Assembly (NCBI GenBank): GCA_964035545.1
Contig: OZ037765.1
Span: forward strand, 3,224,001-3,288,000
Reading direction: 5' to 3'
Length of the DNA stretch: 64,000 nucleotides
Source: Bugula neritina
Taxonomy: Eukaryota; Animalia; Bryozoa
A program made the position numbers and the translations under genes. Positions 13,844 through 26,900 of this stretch are shown piece after piece. The notes beneath the pieces were generated by a model, which saw only the letters and a program-made list of their open reading frames with translations, made no database searches and was not told the DNA's origin. Position 1 is the stretch's first letter; every line of letters begins with the position of its first letter.

Positions 13844-14968
13844 ATTATTTTCATGAGTCGCTCACGGCACCTACGAGCTGATTTATTTAACTCACATAAA
13901 ACTGGTTCATAATGCTAATTAGGTCAAAGCGGTTTGGAATGGGGGATCATTATATTATCACAATAGAGGCAGTACAAACTTTTGAGTCGTTGAGTGCATA
14001 TTTTTTCCAAGCTCCTAACCATAGCCTCAACCGCTGTACTCAATGACCCAACACAGTTTTACTCTATCAAATTATTTAGAAATAAATAAATTAAAACTGT
14101 TAATTGACCTAATTGTTCTAGATTTGTGTTTTACTATAATATGTGATTTTATTCCTATAGACTAGCAATTAAAAAGCTAACTTTTGAAGTTGTTGGTTTT
14201 TTAAAATTATCAGTGGAACATTATAGGGAGCCAATCTACAATATAAAAAGCCATTTACTTCATTTTAGTGATATAATTGCTTCCCGGTCTTAAGTGAAAC
14301 ATTCACAGTTTTTCAGCTAAATAAGGCAAAAAGCAGTTGTGAAATGACACATTTAAACTTTATAGTAACCTAAATTTTTGCTAAATTTACTTGTAATTAT
14401 AGAAACACATTTTGGTCTTCAGATTTGACGCAATGGTTGCTTTGTAGTATATACAAATGTGTAGATTGTCTCAACGTGTAATTTATTTTGGTGAGAAATA
14501 AAAAAACATACTTTGCTGCATATAAGAGAATTATAATGCATAGGTGGTTTTAGTTTTAACATTTATTCTCACCAAACTATAAATTTTAGATAAAAGCAAC
14601 GGTTTTGAAAAAGTATTAGTGATACTAGGCAAGAAGCGTAAGTGGCGGTGAAAAAATAAAACAATAATATATAGATATTATATATAATTCTGCCAAAAAA
14701 TTGCTGCGTGATTAAAAATTAAATAAATCAAAAAAACTCAATTATTGCTTCTAAAATTTAGAATAAACATATGTATTAATATAGCAGTTTAGAGCTTACA
14801 AATAAGAAGCTATTAAATTAGGACAAAATAAAAAAGAGAGTTTAATAATTTATATTAGAAGCTGATTAAATAGTTGACCATGAATTTGAATGATTATAAA
14901 GGCACAAAATGTTACTTCTTATAAGGCAAGCATTTTTCAGTATTAGTCTTATTATTGTGAGCTTAATA

Positions 14969-17900
14969 TTAATTGATCACCATCGTATTCTCATAACACC
15001 CTCTGGTTGCTTCTTGCTCTTCTTCCAAACCTTCAATAATGCTCTCATACTCATTTGACCTTGCTGGGGCATCTTTTCCGTGAACTCGTTCTACTGAAAC
15101 TCTTTCTACATCCACTGTCTTCATGGAGGATTCAAGTCGCAATTCTACTGGTTCATAATGTGGTGCGGCCTCTGGTTGTTGAACAATGTCATCTGTTTGG
15201 AGAGATTCATCAGATGCACTTCTGTATTGGCTAGAAAATCGTGGTCCAATGTCCATGTCTTCATATTTTGTGTTGAGATTTTCTGGCAAGTTTGGAAGTT
15301 TACGTCGTGGAGAAACGGACGAGCTCAACATTTCTTGTACATTTTTTGACGAAGTAGATTTTGTGAATTTTCCAGTAACATTTGACTCCAGCTTCTGCTC
15401 ACTAGACTCAGGCCCAGAAAATCTTCTCACCAGCACCATAATAAGAATCACTGCTAATATAATGATGATGAAACCCATTGAAACACCAACTGCTACTCCA
15501 ACCATCGAACCTACCATTGTATAATAGCCATTAGAAATACACAAAGCAAAATAAAACTCTGCTTTTTAGTGAAAATAATAGCTGTAGTTTGAATTTAATA
15601 GTAAAGATCAGTAATGTTAAAACCACTGGAAATATAGGTTAAAACCTCCAATATTTAATCATTTTTTGGTAGAAGGACAGTGGAGTTAATGTATGCTAGA
15701 TGAGAACGCTCCATTACTGCCTATAGAAATTACTGTTGAAGAGCACAAGACCAAGTGAAGCATAAAGCAAGAAGTGAAAGTCGAAAATGTGTTAGAACTG
15801 ATGAGAAGAAAATGGTTGCAGTGATTTGGACATGTATACAGAAGAGAGAAAGAAGATGGTATCAGAAGAGTGCATGAGATGAAAGTTAAACAAAAGAGAA
15901 ACCGTAGACACCCAAAGCTTAGAGTGCGTGATACAATAAGAAAAAATCTGCAATTCTGTTTACTCAATGAAAAGGACGCTCAAGACAGGGTTAGGTGAAG
16001 CTTAATTGAGCTAACCCCCTGTTCACACATTGCCGCATCGTAAACCGTAACAGCACAAACAAAATGGTGCTGCTGTTACATTTTGTCAACGGGGGTTCAC
16101 ACATCGACGCAAAGTACAACGCATGCCGTTGAGTTGTGACCAATCATAATGAGGTTAATTTTTGTCTGCGGTGACTTAGATATTATTTACAAATTATTCG
16201 CAACATTCTTTTCAAAAGATGTTATATAACTGCTATTTACTAAATAAAAGCAATTACATGAAAAGAATCTCTCTTTTAAACATATTTGTTTTTAAAATAT
16301 TTGTGCAAACTAACTTAAATTATGAATATTTAAGCCGTCCAAATCATTTTTAAGTTGTTGGTTTGCGTGCTTTTGTGATTAGGGAAAGCTAGATTTTTAA
16401 ACTGAGTTTAATTCAAAAAGCCTGATCAAGATTTTTTAATCTCTTAAAACTTTTGAATTAGTTAAATTAGATAAAAAATAAGCGATTATAATAAACTAGC
16501 AAAAACAACCTTTAAATTTTAGTAGCAGATCAACTCTATCCAATGAGAGCCCACCGTGATTTTTTGAATTAAGCACTGCTTGATCAACACCGCAGCGTAT
16601 ACCGTGGTATGATTCAGCCTGGATGTTATCAAAGATGGCGGAAAATTGCAGTTACGGCGTACGGTGCGGCAATGTGTGAACAGGGGGCAAGCCTCCAGCA
16701 GCCACCTGCTACCTGAAATGCAGGACAAGGCCGAAATTGGTGAAAATACGAGTAGTTGAGGTGAGAACAAAATTTAGCCACAACAAATGACAGATGCTGC
16801 TAAGTTCTAAGTAACATATAAGCACGAGTTAACTTACCTCGAGTTGGTACATGTAGTTCACAGGTAGGAAGATTGTCAGACCATTCTCCTTTACCATCTA
16901 CCAGTTCACATGTGATGATAACAGGACCAAAACCTTGGCAATAGTATGAAACTGTGGAGTTGAGATGGAATTCATTTTCCAGTCCATGGACTTCAGTATT
17001 GGGTACAGATGGAGGTTGAGAACATCTGATATGTTGAAAGACTGAAGCAAAAGTTGTCAGAGACTCACACTTGATGACCTATTTACTCTTATATTATACT
17101 GCTTTTAGTTACTAAAAACGCAACTGAGAGCTACTGCATTATAGGGTTATCATACTGGTATCCAATGAAAATGGGTATATTGAGTTCTGTAAGCATACCT
17201 TGAGTTGGTAGTTCACAGAGAGGAGGATTGTCAGACCATTCTCCTTTACCATCTACCAGTTTACATGTAGTGATGGCAGGACCCTGTCTTGTATATCCTT
17301 CATTGCAAGAGTAAAACACAGTTGAGTTTAAATTCCAGTTGTCATCCAGCACTTTTATTGCTGCATTTTTCACCGGAGATGGTTCGGAGCATTTGATTGG
17401 TTCAATTACTACAAAAAGATTGCAAAAAATGAGTTTTTCATAAAAAAACGTTTTGACCAAAAAGTAAGTTGTTGAGTATCAATACATTTTATTTTATTCT
17501 CAAAGATTTTATGTATAATGAATAATATAAAACTATGCTTAGCTGATAGTGTGAAAACAGCATTTTGCACTTTATATATATAAATAATAGCTGAGTTAAT
17601 TTGTTCAAATACAGACAGTTTACTTTACAATTCAAAATAGTTTTAGCTTTTAATTTGCAAAACAATGTTTAAACTACCCTGCTGCTCGCTTTTTAGCAAG
17701 CTTCAGTATATTACCCATGCAGTTTTCTGTAAAATCCATTCATATTTTGGCTATGTAGATGGCCTGTATGTTAATTCGAACTCTAAAAACTATTGAAACT
17801 GCACATGAGGCATTAGACTTTTTTTCTAAACAAAATTCAGTGCAATTGTATAAATTTTGTTCAAATGGCTGTTTATAGGAAAATATGAGTTAACTGAGAA

Positions 17901-20900
17901 ATAGATTTTAGTAATTGAATACTTTTTAGTTAGATCTCAATTGCTAAAACATAGGTGGCGCATTGTTAAGCACTTCACATATACTTTAAGATAGTAGAAC
18001 AGATTATTTTTTATCATTTTGAGCAATTATTTCAAAACAAAAATGTTAATATGAAATTAGTAGATTTTAGCACTTACCTTGAGTTGGGAGTCTACAGCTG
18101 GGAGGGCTACCAGACCATTCTCCTTTACCATCTACCAGCTCACATGTGAGCACCATTGAGCTTTGTCTTATAAATCCTTCTTGACAAGAATAGAATGCTT
18201 TAGAGTTCATGGCCCAAAAACCGTCAGGGTTTAGTAGCTCAGAATTATTTCCAGAAGGAGGTTGGAAACAAATGGCTGGGTGCATTAATAAAGAAGCAAT
18301 ACATTGGAGTTTAGGTTTAAGTTAAAAGCACTGTATTTTTGTACATATTCTGTTACTTCCAAGTATGTGTACAAATTTAAAATAGTTATTGTTGAGCAAT
18401 ATAATGTAAATCATCAGTGCTATAAAAGCTAATGAAGGAACGCTGAAATATTTTACAATGAATAATAAAGTAATGTTGGTGCTAGTGTGATATTTTGTAA
18501 CACAATTCTTTTAAACACATTTTTTGAAACAAAGTGATTTAAATAACTTTTGTAAATTGCCTTCAAGTTTGGTCCAGAGCACAAAAATTGAAGCAAAAGT
18601 GTATATAGCTATCTTTACATGACTCCAAGTAATATTCTTATAGTTATAGCAATAAAGTTTACTCACCTTTAAAGCTTCTGTATGTTTCTTGCCATATTAT
18701 ATTCTCATGTCCATCTTGTAGTTTTACTTTAATAGTCAGTTCAAAGGTTACATCTTGCTGTTTAGTAAAAGTCCATGGTCCTGTCTTTATCTGATTGGAT
18801 AATTGTCCACTTCCATAAGTTAATGTAACACTGGATACACAGTCATCAGCTTCCTGTTACAGTGAACATAGCGCTTACTGTATGTTTATGGCTCTATGAT
18901 TCAAGTATTACAACATACTATAGTAAACAAATTCATTATAAACATAGGCATGAAACATTATATAACTTCAATGCTGTACTTTAAGCAAATGACCAGCTTT
19001 TGTTATATAAAAGCAGGACTATAAAAAGTGAAACACTATGCAACAAGAAATTATATAACAATATTTAACATTTGAAAATGTCTGCCAATTGTTTCAACAG
19101 CATATACTTCTATAGTATTATATAGTAAAATAAAAAAACTTATTGCATAGTCTAAAGTCTATAAACGAAATATGATATTTAAATATATAAAATAAAAGGA
19201 AAAATTATAAACACAAGTTAAATAAACTTACAAGTGAAGGCACAGACACAGTAATTATTCTCTCTTCTTCTGGTTTCAGAATACCACTTTCTGTTATGAA
19301 AACATCTCCAGGTGTTAATTTACCTCTTTCTATAGCATATAAAAAATGAAGTAACGGTATTCAGTAAATCAACTGATAACCTTCAAGTAATTGATCTCAA
19401 CATGAAAATGTATATCATTTATGAATTATTATACTATATAAAGTAAAGGAAATATGTGTAACAGAAACTAATATTTGAAAGGTAGAAGTCATAGCTCGAC
19501 ATGCTCATAGAAACCTATTTACACATGTACATTCTAACAAATAAGAATATTTCAAGGTGTATCTGCAAGAAACTTACAACTATAGTTAACTTCATTTACC
19601 TGCACAGAAAAGAGAGTTGACTCTAGAGACATCTTGTATTAACTCTTCACCATTATAATTCCTCACAGTAGATACTCTAGCATAGTGAGGTTGTTGTATA
19701 TTCAGATTACTAATCACAGTCTCTCTGTAGTCTATAAAAACTAATTTAGAGCTTATTATTGTGTTGAAATTGGAGTTGTCTGAACATTCTATTTTGAAGT
19801 GAGTAGTTGTGAGCTCCTGACTGGGTGCAGTAGCTGGGAATTCCCATCTAATTCTGATTTCTCCTGGTGAGACATTTGTGTTTGAAGACACTGAGTCTCC
19901 AGGCAGCCTCAGAATTTCTACAACAAAAACAAAAAGATAGTTATACCCAATTTATAGAACAGTTGGAAGAAATCTTTATTTTGACATTTTTACGTAACAT
20001 ACAAGATAATGTTTTAAATAGTCTTTAACGTATTATTAGCCATTAAATTTTCCAACTAAAGAGCTGCATGAAAATAATGCTAACTGTCAAATAAAATGTG
20101 TAAAAATAATTTTACTACTACACTATAACCCATTAGAATAAAACTTCTAATGTTGATAAGTAGAGTAAATGCTATTGAGCTTATAGGCTAGAAAAACAGT
20201 TTAATTTGACATAATTTTTTTATGCATAGAATCCAATGTTATTTCTATTACAAGACTTGAGCAGCTTGTTACTATAAAATTAAAGATAGAAATATAATAT
20301 TCAGAATACATCATAGTAATAATATAGCTTTTGTATACGTGTTGAGTTTAATCAATACATTGTTGAAAACTGCTGAATAAAAAGATTATATCAGCATAGC
20401 ATTTTGTTATAGCATAGTTTAGGATAATTAGGTAAACAATAGATGTAGTCTAGAAGTAACCTCCCAAAAAGTGCTCAAAAAATTGCCTTATTACACTTTA
20501 TTAGGTGGCCATTCAAAAAAAGTTGTTTCTAGATCAGAATTTTGTGCTGATTCTGAATCTACAAACTCTAGAATTCTATCTTCACCCAAACTCAAGTTAT
20601 TGCAAAAAACAAATCAACATTTTAGATAGGTCATGATAAAAAGAAACGTGGATTGTGCAAAATAGTATCCAATTTTACCAAGCTATCTTGAAGAAAAAAT
20701 ATATGCTGAAAAATAAAAAATAATTGCCTATTGCCTAGAATTCTATGCTGATGCTGAATTTAAAGACTGCAAGATGCTATCTCAAATTAAAACCAAGTTG
20801 TTTACGTAAACATATATGTTTGTTATGAATCGACATATTGCATGCTGCATAAGCATACAGAATAATTGTATGACCAAGCTATTTATACGTAAACAAAAAC

Positions 20901-23900
20901 AAAGCCATGCTGATGTGTGAAAAAACTATACTTATAAAATTATAGCACAAAATAAATGTTGAAATGAATAAATATTGAAATCTTTTAAACACAGCCCAAG
21001 TGAATCATATGCTAGTCTGTCAGTAGCCTTTAAACATCTGCAAAAATCAACAAGATTCTGTAAAACTATTTAGAGAATCAGAAGCATGAGAGATAATCAA
21101 AATCAAATTGGTTGCAGTAAAATATATAATAAATGTCTAAAAATAGTGCTTCATTATAAAAAAGTATTCTCGCCATCATTGTCACTGCCGTCAGTTTCAT
21201 CAGCTTCTTTTTCCCCAATATAGCCCTTTTTTTCCAGACAATCCTTACATTGACAAACATCAGTGCATGCACTGCTTTTGAGACTTCTGACATCCACATC
21301 TTGATATGTTGCAGCTGGTCTTACAGGAGCAGTTTAAACTTTCCAATATGCATGTTCAGGTGTGGGAGCTTGAATCATTCACTTTATATTTATGCTGCCA
21401 TGATTCTCAACAATCTACTCATGATGTTCTGGAGGTGGTGCATCAACATAGGCTGTTGTCGATAACCCTTCTCCAAATGGCTGCCTGATAATTTGCTCTT
21501 TTTATGTCCAAATTTAATTTATCTTTTTTTGGAGGCAAACTGTATTGAGTTATTTTAGACGGTGAACAAAATACAGCGTATCGGACATCATCTGTATTTG
21601 AATTTCTTGCTCCATAAAGTTTACAAACAAATTGTTCTACTTCAGCCGCTGTAATGGCTGGTAGCTTGAAATACTTTTCGAGGGGTTCAAAGCTTCCCAT
21701 ACATTCTAGATATTTTCTCAAAAAAGAGTAGGCTGTGCGCTACCCTTTTCCATAAAAAGTACTATAGTCGAATCACAACCTGTTAAAGCATGAAATCTAG
21801 TAAGTGCTGCACACAACTGCGGTCCGGATTTATTTGCTGCAATGTTGAAATCCAAATACCTAATATGATTATGGTTTCTTCCCAGATAGACGCTATTTTT
21901 ATTTTGCTACCATATATATTAATGGCATAATATGCTAACAGTTATAATAGCTAACATGAATTATTTAGAATAATATTCTATTGATTTTACAAATTTGTGT
22001 GGGACAAAAAGTAGTAATACATTAATAATAGACGCTATCTTTAATTGATACTTATTAACAAAATATCTTTTCACACAACGTGCAAGATGTATAAAATTTA
22101 AACAAAATTAATAAGTTAAGGCAGATCAAAGAAATTTATTTATGTGCTAAATAACAAGCAGTTGATCCAAGTTTATTTCAATAATATTAAAACAGATTGC
22201 ACATAAAAATACATTTTACCAAAATAAATAACAAGCGTCTAAGTAGGCAATTTAGCCTAGCCTCTATCTGGGATGATACCATGATTACGACACCTGCGAA
22301 AAAATATAATTGGCAAGAAGGTAATGTCTTGCAAATATAGCGAGAATTAAGATGAAAACTTCAGTGTCTTGAGATTTGATTATTACACTCGGGCTTATGA
22401 CGTTCATAAGATATTTTGCATGTAACAAAGTTTGTGTACCTGCTTCCTCATGATCTGATTGTAAGCATTAATTGAGTTCTGCTTTCTTAGGAATTCCACC
22501 ATGTTTGAAAAATTCTATAGCTGAATGCAATTTTTGTTTGGTATGCAGCAGCTATAATAACAATATTGTTCTCTAAAGTATTTCTATTCCATTTTTCACA
22601 CAAAAATGCACCAGTCTCTAACGCAGCTTGTTCTATTTGCTAATAAGAAATTATTTTTGTGACAAATGACACACATGAAAAAAGTACATGCCTATGATTT
22701 TTGAATAAGATAGCCCAAGATCATTTTCCTAATGGGTGGCTTAAATATATAACCATATATATTTAAAATTATAGGAAAGCTTTAGGGTATTTCTTTTGTA
22801 ACTATAACTGAGCTAAATTGACTATAGAGTCATTATATTAAGATAGTATAAAAATATGCATTTTAACCAAAAGCATTGTTTTAAAAACTAAATTGCTTAT
22901 ATTATAGTTCAGCTTAAATTTATTGGCAAAGCTCAATCGTACACATTAAAAATATTATCATCCGATGTCCAGACCAACCTGCTCATGCTTCTCATTACTT
23001 TTTGCAAAAGTAGTTATTATAACAAAAATCAGGAAGAAAATCATTATCAGACACAGATTTACTTAGAATTTGACTCTTTTATAGCTGATCAATAATAATG
23101 TTTGCTTTATAACTAAAATACCCATTCCTTTGCTTGTTTTCGTCCATATAGTCTACATTTTTTCAGATGTTTTCACATGAAAATCACTAGAATGAAACTC
23201 AGAGAAGTGAAAAACACATCTATGATTATCTTCAAAAGTTTTTGCTTGTATATATAATACACTAGCTTCAATAATTTCAAGATAATACTTAACAGATTTA
23301 AACGAAGTTATGGGGAAACAACTCCTGTAAAATTTTAAAGAGCTTTTGTGACTCACTAGGTGGACAGAACAATTTAGAGTTTTTATAACAAAAAATTGAG
23401 AAGAGTATCTATAATTCTCAGCAAAATTATTTTGGTTATATAAAATAAATTAGCTTTAATAATTCTAAGATATATAGCCCTTTCACAAAAACGTTAAGAG
23501 AAGACAACTCCTGATTCATTTTAAAAGTTTGAAGCGCTTTTGTGGCTAACTGGGTGCACAGAGCAGTCTAGAGTTTTCACAGATTAATTAAGACCCTTAA
23601 AACTCTCCATTTCTAAAACAATTGCGTGGCCACCTCTCGAAGTGTAATGAGTGAAAGATAATTGGAGGTTACTTCTAGACTAATGATGCAATTATTATTA
23701 TTGCAATTATTCTTTGAATGGCACTTCCAAAGCAGTTGAAAAACTATCTTTTAGTAAGATAATAACTAATGAGCCACATCATACAACATGCAAACATGTT
23801 AGATTATGTCTGAGGCATTCATATAGCAGTTACAAATATTTTATTAAAATACTATCAACTTTCAAGTAAAACTCAATTAAATGGAGAGTGAAATTTAAAG

Positions 23901-26900
23901 ACAAAAAGAATTCACCAACTGCTAAAGAATTTATTTAGCAGTATAGACTTAATTATAGTCACTATAGTTTAATGTATAAGTGTAATTCAACACACTATAA
24001 TGTCTATAATAGTGGATTTTTTACCTGCAATGTAGGCTCTCAGCGCTACTCCTCTACGCTCTTGTTTAAAATCTGAATATGTGAGTCTGTTTACTCTGTC
24101 TCTGTTATGATTAGGTGGAATACGTATATGAGCTAATGGATCTGGTGACAGACTTGGCCTAAATGAGACGAGGTTACCTTTACAACCAGAGTTACTCAAG
24201 TCTTCTACATACAGAGCAAGAAAGTCTCCTTTTCTAACTACTTCTGTAGAGTTCTGTACAAACTGGAATCTTATTCCTCCTGTAGATGCATCTTCAGGTG
24301 TGAGTAGAGTTTCTGTAATCAGATTGAATACAGCAGAGTTACCTTCTCCTGTCTGTTTCCAGATAGCAGCATATGAGTCACAGTAGTCAGTAGAACGACC
24401 AATCATATACTTCCAGCCAACTAAATACCCGTCTGCTTCTATCTTATAGTTGACAAGTAACATAAAAGCATGCCCACGTGATTCATAATTTATTATCTTT
24501 GTGTTGGTTGTACTTTCAGAGTTATCTGAAAAGAAAATATATATTTCTAAAATTGAGCACTTTATAAATGTTTGCAAAATGCAAATAGAAACAGAACTTT
24601 GAACGATCTGATTCAATTTATACTTATTGATTTAACACAAATTATAACATTTAGAGTGCCAAATTAATCATTGCACTACTAAGTATTTTCAACTCTTATA
24701 TTTAATAGATTTAGATTTTTAAAATAAAAATGTTTATCCATAATCTTTAACTTTTTGTACTTGCTGTATATATAGTGACCAGCTAGGTTATCTACAAGTT
24801 GTTTTAAGGGCCATAAAAGCAAAAAACAATCAAAATGATCTGTAAAAAGTATCGCTTTTGTATTGTGCATTTTTTTCAGCAAAAGAACAGAATATATTAT
24901 AGAGACTTATAATATAAACACAATATTGCTAATCGGCATTGTGTAGTCTTATACAAGATGCACATGCAGAGAATTTGCACCTTAGAAAAAATGCAAATTC
25001 TTACGTGCTTGTTTTCTTATGCTAGGTAGATTCAGAACAATTTTTTAAAAATATAAAACTGCAAACTGTGCTGCTCAAGTGTAAAATGCTGCCCAGTGTT
25101 TTTATTTTGCAGCTCAAGCTAACAAATGCTTTGCATACTTATTAAAATACATATTGTATAAACAACGGGTAAACAATTGACTAACCCAAAACAAAATTTC
25201 CTTGTGTTTTTAATCTGAAAGTAGTAGTAGGTGGATGGTCCTGAGACAACCCTTCCCCCGTCGAGTCTTCGACTCTCCGGTGTCAGGGATTGTCCCAGGA
25301 CGCATCCACCTACTACTACTCTATTATTTTATTAATGTTAATTTAGAATATAAATATTTTAATATTTTGTTCCAGAAATTGTATTTTTAGGATAAATATT
25401 ATTTTATTAGTGTTAATTTAGAATAAAAAATAAGTTTTGTCTCAGAAATTGTATGTTTCTAGGACAATCATTAATTAAGAATATAAATATTTTTTTTTAA
25501 TTTTTTTAAAAAAAAGAAGCGTTGAACGAACGATTTTTTTTTATTTTTTTTATTAATTTTTTAAAAATAACTTTTTTTATTTTTGAAAAAAATTTTTTTA
25601 TTTTTTTTTGAAAAAAATATTTTTTTAAAAAAAGCGTTGAACGAACGATTTTTTTTTATTTTTTTTAGCAATTTTTTTAAAATAACTTTTTTTATTTTTG
25701 AAAAAATATTTTTTTTATTTTTTAAAAAAATATTTTTTTTTAAAAAAAAAAAAGCGTTAAACGAACGATACTAATAATTTAATATTTAAACGTTATAACT
25801 CGAAAATACTGGTAGAGATTCAGTAGATTCTACTATACCCCCATCGCTAGTTGATAATACTAATTTATTACCCGTTGCGTCTTGTAATTTAGGAATAGCG
25901 TGATTATTTATATTATAAGTAGTAATAATATCCGCGATGTTTATACCGGTTTCTACGATATTACCATTACTCGAAAGCATTAATAATTTACCTCCGATTG
26001 ACGGTTGTATTTTATTCATAGCGAAATTATTTATATTACTAGTCGTAATAACATCGCTAACGCTTAAGCTACTATCCGCGACATTACCCGAAGTAATTGA
26101 AACGGTTAATTTTTCATTCGCGGGTTGTATTTTATTTATTGCGAAATTATTTATATTATTAGTCGTAATAACATCGCTAACGCTTAAATTACTATCAATA
26201 ATATTACCCATATTAGTTGATACGGTTAATTTTTCAGTCGGGTCTCGTATAAGAGGTACGGCGTAATTAGATACATTAGTTTTTGTAACGACATCATCAA
26301 CTTTTAAATTACTATCTATAACGCGTCCGTCGTCAGTTGATATAGTTAACTGATTAATGGGGTCTCGTATTTTAGGCATACTCGTATTATCAACGTATTT
26401 TTTTGTAGCCGCGTCTTGATCGTCAGCCGGATCAATGACTCTAGATATTTTATTTTCCCCCATATCTAGCGTACCCGTAAGAGTACTACTACCGTTTATT
26501 AAAACGAATTTTTTCGTATTTATTTCCGTTTTTCCGCTTCCTCCGAATTTATAAACACTCATTTATAATTATAGTAAAGTTTTAACGACACTAATTCAAA
26601 CGGTAAAGCGATAGGCGCGCCGTCATTAACTATAATATCGTTAGGTTTACGACTAGTATAAGCGCTCGAGCAGTGTAATACTAATCCAATATTTTTATCG
26701 CTCTCAATATATTCCAACATAGGTATTTTTACTCGCGCAACGCCTCCTTGAATTATATATTCTTTAGTATTATGTTCAAGAGGGTTATTAACATCGCCGA
26801 TAATTAAAGTTAATTTCTTATCCTTCCAATACAAAGAATTATTATTATTAGCTGGAAGATGTTGAAATTCTAATAAAGCGTATTTTAGTTCTATCGGTTT

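Noticed and set aside
25583-25774. Phe/Lys-rich 63-aa ORF
   Set aside because: Translation of A/T homopolymer tracts in the TIR
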